Assembly (NCBI GenBank): GCA_963762145.1
Contig: CAVXJS010000009.1
Span: 32,001-96,000, forward strand
Direction of reading: 5' to 3'
DNA length: 64,000 bases
Source of the DNA: an uncultured Candidatus Rokubacteria bacterium
GTDB taxonomy: Bacteria; Methylomirabilota; Methylomirabilia; Rokubacteriales; CSP1-6
The notes below the pieces were generated by a model. The model saw only the letters and a list, made by a program, of their open reading frames with translations. It did no database searches and was not told where the DNA came from. Numbering within the stretch: the stretch's first letter is position 1; the number at the start of each line of letters is the position of its first letter. Below are positions 10,149-19,643 of the stretch, piece by piece. The translations under genes and the position numbers were made by a program.

Positions 10149-10586
10149 TCAGAGGTAAGCCGAACCGGAAGGGCATTCGCGCGAGGGCTCTGGGGCGGGC
10201 CAGCTGCCTCCAGAGAGGCGCCGTCGGATCACGTCGCGGACTGCCGGCAGCAGGCCATCGAACAGCACGCGCTTGCTCACGAATGTATCCGCCCCGCTAT
10301 CGGAAGCCATGAACTGATACGCCTCCTCGGTGGTCGAGCTGATGAGGACCACCTGGGTCGCCGGCAGCTCCTGGCGGATGCGCCGCGTCAGCTCGACGCC
10401 GTCGAGATCGGGCATGATCAGATCCGTGATCACGATATCCGGCCGCTCTCGGCGGGCGAGGGCGAGGCCCTCGATACCGTTGGAAGCATAGCCGACGATG
10501 GTGATGTCGGACGCGGGCTGCAGGATGTGGGCAATGAACCCGTGGTATTGAACGTCGTCATCGATGACCACGATGGTGAAGGACAT
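10149..10586 (-). CDS. Single-domain response regulator (paralog of 9290..9736)
   Basis: IVVIDDD...RERPDIVITDLIMP...SGADTFVSK. GGAGGA RBS. Confidence 0.88.
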   Translation of the reverse strand: MSFTIVVIDDDVQYHGFIAHILQPASDITIVGYASNGIEGLALARRERPDIVITDLIMPDLDGVELTRRIRQELPATQVVLISSTTEEAYQFMASDSGADTFVSKRVLFDGLLPAVRDVIRRRLSGGSWPAPEPSRECPSGSAYL

Positions 10587-10615
10587 GGATCCTCCGTCCG
10601 ATTTGACACGGGAAG

Positions 10616-10891
10616 TCAGCGAGTCTCGGTTCCACTCGACGCATCGTCGGCGCACGTTGTCAGTTCCATCACCCAGAGCTCATAGCATGAACGATGGAAC
10701 CGGAGGGTTCCACCCCCTGAAAGGTCGCACTCGACTTCCAGGTCGGCAGGTGACACGGACCGCTCGCACGCCACGCAGGTATTGCCCGACCCTGGGCCAA
10801 ACCAGGTCATGCGGCAGGTCGCCTTCGGCAGAGCGCCTGAGCGAATCTTCTGCCGGATGGCCTCCCGCAGCTGCTCCTCGTCGTCGACCAT
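10616..10891 (-). CDS. Zinc-finger microprotein (copy 4)
   Basis: CRMTWFGPGSGNTCVAC-x23-HRSCYELW. GGAGG RBS. Confidence 0.85.
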   Translation of the reverse strand: MVDDEEQLREAIRQKIRSGALPKATCRMTWFGPGSGNTCVACERSVSPADLEVECDLSGGGTLRFHRSCYELWVMELTTCADDASSGTETR

Positions 10892-11000
10892 CGACGGCCT
10901 CCAGCTTCAGGGAGATCGTGCTCGGACGCGCGAGTGTAGCACGCCCGACCTGGCCGCGGACCCGGTGACGTGCGCACGCCTGTGGTAGCCTCCGGAGTAA

Positions 11001-11993
11001 ATGGACCGCCGTACGTTCCTCTCCGGCGTCACCCTCGGCCTGCTCGCCGCACCGCTCGCCGCCGAGGCACAGCCGGCCGAGAAAGTGTGGCGGATCGGCG
11101 TGATTGGTTTCGCTCCCCCGACCGGCGATATGGCCGGACCTGAACCGCGGTATGCATACATCAAAGCCCTGCTGGATGGATTGCGCGAGCGCGGCTATGT
11201 GTATGGCCGGAATTTCGTGACCGAGCCCCGAGGAGCCGCAGGCAGGCCCGAGCGCCTACCCGGCCTTGTCGACGAGCTGGTCCGCCTGCAGGTGGACGTG
11301 ATTGTCCCCGTCGGCGCCGCGCTACCCGCGCTCAAGCAGGCCACGTCGACGATTCCCATCGTCGTTCCTGGCTCTGGCGATCCCGTGGGGTCTGGGTACG
11401 CAAGGAGTCTGGCTCACCCGGGGGGTAACTTCACGGGGTTGAGCTTCCAGTTCCTGGATCTGGTGGTGAAACGGCTCGATCTGCTCAAGGAGTCGCTGCC
11501 GATGGCCGGGACCGTAGCGGTGATATGGGATCGGACTTCCCCGGAGGTTTGGGAAGTGCTCGAGAGAGCCGCCCGTGAGCGACGCTGGAAGCTGCTGTCA
11601 CTCCCGATTCGGGATGTCGGCGAGGCCGAGGATGTGGTCAGGTCGGCGGCGAAGGCTCGGGCGAGCGGGCTGCTCGTGACTGCCGGTGTAGCGTTCGATC
11701 CGCATCCTCGACGAATCGTGGAGCCGGTCGCCAAGTACCGGCTGCCCGCCATGTACCATCAGCGCTCCTACGTTCAAGCGGGCGGACTCATGTCGTACGG
11801 CCCGGATCTCCTCGCGATCTGGCGCGCGGCGGCGGTCTTCGTCGACAAGATCCTCAAGGGCGCGAACCCCGGCGATCTCCCCTTCGAGCAGCCCACCAAG
11901 ATCGACCTGGTGATCAACCTCAAGACCGCCAGAGCCCTCGAGCTGACGATCCCCCAAATGCTGCTGCGGCGCGCCGATCAGGTGATCGAATGA
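11001..11993 (+). CDS. ABC transporter substrate-binding protein (ABC_sub_bind family), orphan
   Basis: MDRRTFL Tat-like leader, SLAHPGGNFTG, GGLMSYG, DKILKGANPGDLPFEQPTK, RADQVIE. Confidence 0.92.
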   Translation: MDRRTFLSGVTLGLLAAPLAAEAQPAEKVWRIGVIGFAPPTGDMAGPEPRYAYIKALLDGLRERGYVYGRNFVTEPRGAAGRPERLPGLVDELVRLQVDVIVPVGAALPALKQATSTIPIVVPGSGDPVGSGYARSLAHPGGNFTGLSFQFLDLVVKRLDLLKESLPMAGTVAVIWDRTSPEVWEVLERAARERRWKLLSLPIRDVGEAEDVVRSAAKARASGLLVTAGVAFDPHPRRIVEPVAKYRLPAMYHQRSYVQAGGLMSYGPDLLAIWRAAAVFVDKILKGANPGDLPFEQPTKIDLVINLKTARALELTIPQMLLRRADQVIE

Positions 11994-12250
11994 GCCCGGC
12001 CCGGAAGCCGCCGCCTCCGAAGCGCCGCGCGGCTCCCAAGACCGGCGCCCGGAAGCCGCTGGCCGAGGAGCTCGCGCACGATGCGGTAGCCCATGAACGG
12101 CCCGTACCAGGCGACCGGGTCGAGATGGTCTTTCGCGTCCGGCTCTCCAAGTCCATTGCCGAGGCGCTCACGGCCCGGGCGGTCCGCGAGGAGAAGAATC
12201 TCACGGCGCTGGTCGCGGAGATCCTCGAGGCGGAAACCCGGAAGCGGTGA
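11990..12250 (+). CDS. Small basic protein, possible ribbon-helix-helix DNA-binding domain
   Basis: VFRVRLSKSIAEALTARAVREEKNLTALVAEILE pattern. ATGA overlap. Confidence 0.55.
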   Translation: MSPARKPPPPKRRAAPKTGARKPLAEELAHDAVAHERPVPGDRVEMVFRVRLSKSIAEALTARAVREEKNLTALVAEILEAETRKR

Positions 12251-12262
12251 CGAGGAGAGGTT

Positions 12263-12511
12263 CTACTGCCCGTCTTTGACCGGGGAGAGGCTCTCGGCCT
12301 GCCGCTGCCCGCCCTGTTCTACGAAGACGACCTGTAGGCGCGTCCCAGGTGGGTAGCTGTACTGGACTCCGTCGCGCAGAGAGAACAGGTAGCTTCCTAC
12401 AACGATGCGGTCCGGGTGAACTTCCTTGAGAGGCCCCACCATCACCCCGTGCGCAACGGTAGCGTTCCCGTTCTCGCCGCGTGCTGGCTGACTACCGCTG
12501 GCCGCGTCCAT
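12263..12511 (-). CDS. Small beta-rich (OB-fold-like) protein
   Basis: VGPLKEVHPDRIVVG...GTRLQVVF...AESL. Similar pattern to 50395..50661. Confidence 0.55.
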   Translation of the reverse strand: MDAASGSQPARGENGNATVAHGVMVGPLKEVHPDRIVVGSYLFSLRDGVQYSYPPGTRLQVVFVEQGGQRQAESLSPVKDGQ

Positions 12512-12780
12512 GATCTTCGCCCCGGGAGGCTACCAGAACAGGTTCGACTGGGCAAGCGGCGTACGCTACGCTTCCACGCCGCACCGAAATGTCGCAGGCT
12601 GTCGGCGGTAGTCGCAGGGCTCGAGGCCGGCTCCCCGCGCTCAAACCCGCGACAACGCAGCGCGACCGAGATGCGCCCCTGCCGGCACAGCGCGTGCTGC
12701 GACTGGATGCCATGGCGATTCCGCATCGCCGGCCCGGGACCATGACCGGCCCCGCGTTGCGTATCCCCGGGAGGGTGCCC

Positions 12781-13962
12781 ATGACCAGTACTACGATCGA
12801 TTGGCTGGAACGAGCGCGCACGCTCGAGCCCATGATCCAGAAGTACAGAGACGAGGCGGAGCAATCGCGACGGATGCCGCGTCCTCTGTTCGAATCCCTG
12901 CGAGATGCCGGTTTTTTCCGGCTGTGGTTACCCCGCCGCCTCGGCGGGCCCGAGGTCGACATGACGACCTTGATCCTTGTCGTCGAGGAATTGTCGCGAC
13001 TCGAGGGCGCTACCGGCTGGAACGTCATGATCGGAGCCGAAGGAAGCGCGATCGCCGCGTACCTGCCGGAGGAGACGGCTCGCCAGCTGATCGCTCCCCG
13101 TCAGGCCGTGGTTGCCGGATCCTTTCAGCCAAAAGGAGACGCGATCCCCGTCGAGGGTGGATATCGGATCAGCGGAGTATGGCCGCTGGCCAGCGGGTGC
13201 GCCCACGCGACGGTCGTTGCTGCCGTGTGCCGAATCATCGAGGGGGGCCGGCCAAGGCCGGGGCCCGAGGGTACGCCGGACCTGCAGGTCGTGCTGATAC
13301 CGGCCACGCAATGCGAGGTGCTCGACACCTGGTACTCGACCGGCCTACGCGGCACGGGCAGCAACGACGTCCGGGTCAAGGACGTCTTCATCCCGGAGAA
13401 TCACTGCTTCTCGCTGGCGCATGGGGTGGCTTCGGAGCCGGGCTCCCTGTACGGCGCCACGATCCAGCTCCTCTTCGCGCTTCCCGTAGCCGCCGTTGGG
13501 CTGGGTATCGCGAAAGCCACGATCGACGCCTTCATCGAGATCGCAGCCGGAAAGGTGCGCCTCGGCGCCTCCAGCGCGCTGGCCGAGGATGGGCTCGTGC
13601 AGACCTCTGTGGGCCGGGCAGAGGCACAACTCCGCTCGGCCCGGGCGTTCCTCCTGGCCGTAGCCGGCCAGATGACGCGCTCCACGGGCAGCGAGGGCCG
13701 GATCTCACATGAGATGACGCCTCTCGTTCTGCTGGCGGCTGCGCAGGCAGCCGAGACCGCGACCGAGGTCGTCACGATGCTCTTCAAGCTGGCGGGATCC
13801 AGTGCAATCTACGCCAGTAGCCGCCTCGAGCGAGGCTTTCGCGATGTCCACATGGTCACGCAACACCGCTCCGCCAATGTCTTCAATTTCGAGACCGCCG
13901 GCCGTCACCTCTTGGCCGCCGCCGGTCACGGCGTGACGCGCACGGCGGGCTCGCTCCCTTGA
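12781..13962 (+). CDS. Acyl-CoA dehydrogenase-fold flavin-dependent monooxygenase (HsaA/C2-like)
   Basis: GYRISGVWPLASGC, DTWYSTGLRGTGSND, GSSAIYASSRLERGFRDVH. Confidence 0.9.
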   Translation: MTSTTIDWLERARTLEPMIQKYRDEAEQSRRMPRPLFESLRDAGFFRLWLPRRLGGPEVDMTTLILVVEELSRLEGATGWNVMIGAEGSAIAAYLPEETARQLIAPRQAVVAGSFQPKGDAIPVEGGYRISGVWPLASGCAHATVVAAVCRIIEGGRPRPGPEGTPDLQVVLIPATQCEVLDTWYSTGLRGTGSNDVRVKDVFIPENHCFSLAHGVASEPGSLYGATIQLLFALPVAAVGLGIAKATIDAFIEIAAGKVRLGASSALAEDGLVQTSVGRAEAQLRSARAFLLAVAGQMTRSTGSEGRISHEMTPLVLLAAAQAAETATEVVTMLFKLAGSSAIYASSRLERGFRDVHMVTQHRSANVFNFETAGRHLLAAAGHGVTRTAGSLP

Positions 13963-14033
13963 TTCCCGGAGGTTGACGCACAGGCCCATCTCTCCGGTAT
14001 CATCCTCATCGTGACGCCCTCGGAGAGCCGTCG

Positions 14034-15290
14034 ATGACCCGTTCCGCGCGAGTCGCTCTGACCGCCGTCCTTGCGCTCGGGCTGTGCGCCGTCTGCGCCG
14101 ACGAGGTGCGGGCGGACCTCGATGCCAACGTCAAGCGCTGCCGCGCCGACATCGTGCGGATCGGCGAGGATCCGCGGTCGCCCTACGAGCAGTACTGCCT
14201 CGGCCTTTCGTACCAGTTCGCGTTGAACCGCAACCGAGATTCGGCCAAGGCCCTCACCTGGCTGCGGCGCGCCGCCACGCAGAACTTCGCGCCCGCGCAG
14301 GCCGTGCTCGGCTACATGCTCGAGCAAGGCCTCGGCACGGCGAAGAACCCGGCCGAAGCGGTGCAGTGGTACCGGCGCTCGGCCGAGCAGAACGATCCGG
14401 ATGGCCTGATGAATCTCGGCCGCGCCCACGAGCATGGCATCGGCGTGGCGCGCGACCTCGGGCAAGCCCGGACGTACTACGAGCGGGCTTCGTCGCTGGG
14501 AAGCGCCCCTGCGCGGGAAGCGCTCAAGGGACTTGGCAGCGCTCCGCCCGCCCGCACGGCGGCCCAGGAAGAGTTCGCGCGGGGCGCGACGCTCTACAAG
14601 TCGAAGGACTATGCGGGAGCGGCGCGCATCTTCCGTGCCCTCGCCGACCGCGGGTACGCGCCCGCTCAGCTCCAGATCGGCTCCCAGCATGCGCGCGGCG
14701 AAGGGCTGCCTCGCGACGATCGACTCGCCTCGCAGTGGTACCTCAAGGCCGCGGAGCAGGGCTACGCGATCGCGCAGAACAACCTGGCCGAGAACTACGA
14801 GCAAGGCCGCGGCGTCCCGGAGGACTGGGCGGAGTCGCTACGCTGGGCGAAACGCCGTGCCGACCAGGGTGACGCGTACGGGATGCTGCTCGTCGGGCGG
14901 GCCTATCAGTTTGGCATCGGTGTCGCGCAGAGCCGGGAGGAAGCGGTCCGCTGGTTCGAGCGCGCGGCCGAGAAAGGCGACAACCAGGCGGACTACTGGG
15001 CCAGGTGGCTCCGCGGTCGCGGCAACTTCATCGGCTTCCGCAACGACGAGGAGCAGGTGTTCGTGATCGGCGGAAGACTCCGCACCGACACGCAACTGGT
15101 CTTCGCGGAACCGCGCGGCATCCTGTTCCGCACCTCCGCCGAACGGCAGCGCTACCTGCGGGATCTGCGGGGCACGACGGACCGCAACGAAGCGGTGGCC
15201 GCGTGGAATCGGCGTGCGGACCGCTACGCGGCCTGCAAGCGAGGCGAGACCGGCGACTCGCACTGCTCCGAGCCCGGGCCCCCGCCTTGA
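14034..15290 (+). CDS. Secreted Sel1-like repeat protein
   Basis: Signal peptide and multiple AQxxLGxxYxxGxGV...AxxWYxxAAEQG repeats. Confidence 0.9.
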   Translation: MTRSARVALTAVLALGLCAVCADEVRADLDANVKRCRADIVRIGEDPRSPYEQYCLGLSYQFALNRNRDSAKALTWLRRAATQNFAPAQAVLGYMLEQGLGTAKNPAEAVQWYRRSAEQNDPDGLMNLGRAHEHGIGVARDLGQARTYYERASSLGSAPAREALKGLGSAPPARTAAQEEFARGATLYKSKDYAGAARIFRALADRGYAPAQLQIGSQHARGEGLPRDDRLASQWYLKAAEQGYAIAQNNLAENYEQGRGVPEDWAESLRWAKRRADQGDAYGMLLVGRAYQFGIGVAQSREEAVRWFERAAEKGDNQADYWARWLRGRGNFIGFRNDEEQVFVIGGRLRTDTQLVFAEPRGILFRTSAERQRYLRDLRGTTDRNEAVAAWNRRADRYAACKRGETGDSHCSEPGPPP

Positions 15291-17188
15291 GCCCACAGCC
15301 CTCGATACCACGCCGGCTCGCCGCCATTCTCGCCGCCGATATCGCGGGCTACAGCCGGCTCATGCACGCGGACGAGCCCGCCACCGTGCGTGACCTCAAG
15401 GCCCATCAGAGCGTGATCCTGCCGCTGATCGGCCGGCACGGTGGGCGGATCATCGACACCGCCGGCGACGGCATACTGGCTGAGTTCCCCAGTGTCATCG
15501 GCGCCACCGAGTGTGCGGTCGAGATTCAGACCCTGATGGCCGAGCGCAACGAGGGGGTAGCTGAGAGTCGCCGCATGCGGTATCGCATCGGGATCAATCT
15601 GGGAGATGTGATTCACGACGAGACCCGGATCTACGGTGACGGCATCAACATCGCGGCGCGCCTGGAGGCGCTGGCTCAGCCGGGCAGCGTGCTCGTTTCC
15701 AATACCGTCCACGATCAGGTCCGCGGAAAGCTGCCATTCACCTTCGAGGATCTGGGCGAGCGGCAAGTCAAGAACATCGAGCAGCCCGTGCGAATGTATC
15801 AACTTCACATCCCGGGCGTATCCTCCAATGCGGTGGCCGCGCTCGGCCGACGCCCCGTCCTGAGGGAGCGCAGGCTCTGGATCATGTGGGGCTTGGCGGC
15901 GCTTCTCCTCGGGGCGGCAGGAATCTGGTGGATCGCCTCCCCATTCCTGGCCAGTCAACGAGCGAACAGCACCGAGGCGCCTCGCCTCTCAATTGTCGTG
16001 CTGCCCTTCAGCAACCTGAGTGGCGATCCGAGCCAGGACTACTTCGCCGACGGCATAACGGAAGACCTGACAAGCGATCTGTCGCGACTTGCGGGAAGCT
16101 TTGTCATCTCCAGGAACACCGCGTTCACATTCAAGGGCAAGGCTGCCGATGCCCGGCAAATTGGCCGCGAGCTGGGCGTCCGGTATGTGCTCGAGGGGAG
16201 CGTACGCCGGATGGGAGGCACCGTCCGCGTCAACGCGCAGCTCATCGACGCGGGTACCGGCGCGCACCTGTGGGTGGAGCAGATGGACGTCGATCAACAC
16301 ACGCTGGCGACCCTTCAGGACAACTTCGGCATCGCGAACCGACTGGCCAGGATGCTCAGTGTTGAGCTCGTCAATGTCGAAGGGCGCCGGGCGCCGCGCG
16401 CCGACCCGGATGCGGTGGACCTCACCATGCGCGGCTGGTCGGTCTTGAACGGAGGGCCGAACAAGGACGACACGCAGAGGTCCGTCGCGTTGTTCGAGGA
16501 TGCTCTTCGAATCGACCCGGACAATACTCAAGCCAGAGTCGGACTCGCCCTGGCGCTCACTCTCATCTACCGCAACCGCTGGGATCCCGACCCGGCCAAG
16601 GTGCTGGCCCGGGCCGACGAAGCAGCCACCCGGGCCATCGCCGCCGCGCCCAACTATGCCCAGGCACACTACGTGAAAGCCGAGGTTCTCGGGTTAGCCA
16701 ACCGCTTCGACGCAGCGCTTGCGACGTATGACCGGGCCATCGCCCTCGATCGTAACCTCGCCGCGGCATACGTTGGCCGGGCGCGGAACTTGAATATCAT
16801 TGGTCGGTCAGCGGATGCACTGGCGCCGGTCGAGAGGGCGATACGGCTGAGTCCGCGCGATCCCGAGCTGTATGTCTGGTATTTCGTCCTCTGCCACGCG
16901 AACACGCACCTGGCGCGCGACGCTCAGGCCATCGAATGGTGCCTCAAGTCGCTTGCGACCGGCAAGGCGTACTACTTCGCCTACGTCGATCTCGCCTCCG
17001 CGTACGCGTGGCGGGGGCAGAACGCAGAGGCGGCGGCCGCGGTCGCGGAGCTCCTGAAGCTGAGGCCAGGGCTCACGGTGCAGACCCTGGTGAAGGAAGG
17101 AGCAGGAACTTCCGACAATCCAGCCTTCCGTAGGGAATTCCAGCGGATCATCGAGGGCGCACGCAAAGCTGGATTGCCAGAAAGCTAG
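15287..17188 (+). CDS. Class III adenylate/guanylate cyclase with TolB-like and TPR domains
   Basis: RRLAAILAADIAGYS, GDGI, RIGINLGDV, GDGINIAARLE, SIVVLPFSNLS, TPRs. TTGA overlap. Confidence 0.92.
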   Translation: MSPQPSIPRRLAAILAADIAGYSRLMHADEPATVRDLKAHQSVILPLIGRHGGRIIDTAGDGILAEFPSVIGATECAVEIQTLMAERNEGVAESRRMRYRIGINLGDVIHDETRIYGDGINIAARLEALAQPGSVLVSNTVHDQVRGKLPFTFEDLGERQVKNIEQPVRMYQLHIPGVSSNAVAALGRRPVLRERRLWIMWGLAALLLGAAGIWWIASPFLASQRANSTEAPRLSIVVLPFSNLSGDPSQDYFADGITEDLTSDLSRLAGSFVISRNTAFTFKGKAADARQIGRELGVRYVLEGSVRRMGGTVRVNAQLIDAGTGAHLWVEQMDVDQHTLATLQDNFGIANRLARMLSVELVNVEGRRAPRADPDAVDLTMRGWSVLNGGPNKDDTQRSVALFEDALRIDPDNTQARVGLALALTLIYRNRWDPDPAKVLARADEAATRAIAAAPNYAQAHYVKAEVLGLANRFDAALATYDRAIALDRNLAAAYVGRARNLNIIGRSADALAPVERAIRLSPRDPELYVWYFVLCHANTHLARDAQAIEWCLKSLATGKAYYFAYVDLASAYAWRGQNAEAAAAVAELLKLRPGLTVQTLVKEGAGTSDNPAFRREFQRIIEGARKAGLPES

Positions 17189-17198
17189 CGCCGGGCGG

Positions 17199-17807
17199 TC
17201 ATGGCGCGTTCACCCGAAGCGAGTCGAGCAGTCGCCGCCGCGTCTCCACTTCCGTGGGCGTCGCGCCGGCGGCACGGGCGACCACGATCAGGGTGATGGC
17301 ATACGGCTCGCCGAACGGGAAGACGTGCTTCCCGGCGACGGTGGTCGGGCCCTCGGGGGTCGTGAGGCTAGTATGGATGGAGAACCCGATCCCCGCGTCG
17401 GAGGCTCGCCGCTGCGTCTCGTCGACCACCTGGCGGCTGGCCGAGAGATCGCGCGACATCTTCGCGTAGACCTGACCGAGGGTCCGCCGGATCAGCTCCT
17501 CGACCAGCGCGTCGCGATCCGGGCGTCGCTCGAATTCCGCCCGCGTGATCGTCGGCTCGATGGGTGTCACGATGGCGAGAACGAAGATCGCCCTCGCCGC
17601 GCTCTTGGCCGCGAGGCGGACCTCCCCTCCCTCCCCAGGGGTGGGTAGCTCTTGTCTCTGCCAGTCGGTGGGGAACCGAAACGTGAACCGGTACTGCGGG
17701 TCGGCATACTCGGTCGTCGAGGCGTCCGCCCGGGCGAGCGCGGGCCACGCCGCGAGGGTCGCCAGGAGCACGGCGCAGCCGAGACTTCGCGCGAGCCTTT
17801 GCCGCAT
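17199..17807 (-). CDS. Secreted protein, PsbP-like N-terminus
   Basis: Signal peptide and YADPQYRFTFRFPTDW. Confidence 0.6.
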   Translation of the reverse strand: MRQRLARSLGCAVLLATLAAWPALARADASTTEYADPQYRFTFRFPTDWQRQELPTPGEGGEVRLAAKSAARAIFVLAIVTPIEPTITRAEFERRPDRDALVEELIRRTLGQVYAKMSRDLSASRQVVDETQRRASDAGIGFSIHTSLTTPEGPTTVAGKHVFPFGEPYAITLIVVARAAGATPTEVETRRRLLDSLRVNAP

Positions 17808-17813
17808 GAGGCT

Positions 17814-17975
17814 CTACGCCGGCTCCGGTGGGCGCCTGATGCCGAGCTCCTTCATCCGGAAGTAGAGCGTGCTCGGGTTGAGGCCCAGACGCTCGGCTGC
17901 GGCGCCGGGCCCTTTGATGCGCCAGCCGCAGGCCTCGCAGGTGCGGAGGAGGTGCGCGCGCTGCCGTTCTGGCCA
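17814..17975 (-). pseudogene. C-terminal Fis-type HTH remnant of an FhlA/NtrC-family activator
   Basis: RAHLLRTCEACGWRIKGPGAAAERLGLNPSTLYFRMKELGI, with no AAA+ domain upstream. Confidence 0.75.
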
Positions 17976-18040
17976 TCGGACAAGCCGATCCTTCTTCCGG
18001 AGAACGTGGTGCCCCAGCCGATGAAGAAGAAGACGAAGCC

Positions 18041-18690
18041 ATGAGTCCGATGCCTCGCCGATGGTTCGCGCTTCTCGGCGGCCTCTGCCTGGCCCTGACT
18101 GCCTGCGCGGGGCCGGTGGACACGGCCCGGGTCGATCCCAAGACCGTCCTTGGTAACCTCGGCCGGAGTGCCGTCGCCACGGGCGAGCCGAGCCTGCCGA
18201 CACGCAATGTGCTCTTCGAGCATGGTCTCTTCGAGGCTGTCGACGAGCGTACCACGGCCGCCATTGCCGAGCTGCACCGGGCGATGGTGGTGTCCCACGG
18301 GAATCAGGACCTGCTCTTCGCGCTTGCCGAGCTGTCCTGCAGGCCAGGTGACCACGGATCCGGTCTACTCCCTGGCGGCCGCGGTCTATGCCTACGCTCC
18401 TTCCTCTTCCCCGAACAGACCGGGAACGCTACCCCGGGACGGTTCGACCCGCGCGTCCGGATCGCAGTGGAAGTGGCTCGAGTCGCGGGTCCCCGCCAAC
18501 CTCACCCGGCAGCATCATCGCGGTCGAGGGGGACGGACCGGTCGAGCAGGGAGACGATGGCGTGGTCAAGTACTCGGCGGCGATCGCAGCCGTCGAGTCC
18601 GAACTGATCGTGCGCTCGAGCCATTCCGCCCAGGGGAATCCCCACACCATCGAGGAGGTGCGGCGCATTCTCCGGCTGCACGCGGGCCTG
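18041..18690 (+). pseudogene. Alpha/beta-hydrolase lipoprotein remnant (N- and C-termini joined, core deleted)
   Basis: Lipobox LTAC, ...PGRFDPRVRIA then a jump to SIIAVEGDGPVEQGDDGVVKYS...EVRRILRLH. Frameshifts. Confidence 0.65.
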
Positions 18691-18769
18691 AAGACGGGAC
18701 CGTCAGCCTGGGCAACCGTGAATTGTCGGAGAGAGAGTAACAACAGAGTGCGGCGATATACCCTGCGGC

Positions 18770-19480
18770 CCGTGACGATCGCGCCTCTCGCAGGCTTTCT
18801 CCGGATCTTCCTCGTTGTCCTCCTCCTGCTGACGGCCGCCGTGATGACAGGACACCCCGCGAACGCGCAGTCGCTCGAGCCCAGATCCTACGCAAACACC
18901 CCGTCGGGATCAATTTCCTGCTTCTGGGATATGGCTACCTGGAGGGCGACGTCGCCTTCGACGCGTCCTCTCCGCTCAAGGATGCCGAGATCCGATGGCG
19001 GAATACCCGGCGTACCAGCAGGACGTCATCGCCGGGGCGAGCCTGCAGGTGACCGCTCCACTGGGCCAGTACGACGCGGACAAGCTCCTGAACGTCGGGA
19101 ACCGCTGGTCCTTCAAGCCGGAGCTGGGGGTGTCCAAGGCCTGGGGCTGATCACGTTCTTCACGAACAACGACGACTTCCTAGATGGAAAGACCTCAAGC
19201 AGGACCCGATCTATTCCCTGCAGGGACACCTCATCTACGAGGTCTCTCGTGCCTTCTGGGCTGCCTTCAACGCCACCTACTACGCCGGCGGGCGGACGAC
19301 CATCGACGGCGACAAGGGAGAGCAGCTGGAGAACGTACGCCTGGGTATGACCGCGGCGCTCTCACTGAGCCGCCGTCAGTCGATCAAGCTCTCCGGCAGC
19401 ACCGGTGTCTACAGAGGCACCGACAGCAATTTCTGGACGGTTGCGATCGCCTGGCAGTACCGCTGGGGTGGCGGGCTGTA
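18770..19480 (+). pseudogene. Outer-membrane beta-barrel 'transporter' (MetA-pathway-of-phenol-degradation-like) remnant
   Basis: QSLEPRSYANTP, APLGQYD, NRWSFKPELGVSK, WQYRWGGGL* across several frames with deletions. Confidence 0.7.
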
Positions 19481-19586
19481 GCGAGGAGATTCTTCATCGG
19501 TTTCCGGTGAACGCCGGTGATACGGGTTAGTCGCTTCGAGGTGTCGCTGGTAGGCAGCGATGAGCGGTGACTCCAGACGAACGAAT

Positions 19587-19615
19587 CGGCCCCGGGGGGT
19601 GTTGCCCCGGGGCCG
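19587..19615 (-). terminator. GC hairpin downstream of the repeat-protein gene
   Basis: CGGCCCCGGGG-n7-CCCCGGGGCCG. Confidence 0.55.
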
Positions 19616-19643
19616 GTAGTTACCTCGTCAGCATCAGTTACTG

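Noticed and set aside
8149-10891. Diversity-generating retroelement or cassette array explaining the Zn paralogs
   Set aside because: No reverse transcriptase, no near-identical TR/VR pair and no attC-like repeats seen; divergence is spread across the genes.
11990-12511. Toxin-antitoxin pair
   Set aside because: The RHH-like gene has no co-directional toxin; its neighbour is convergent and lacks toxin motifs.
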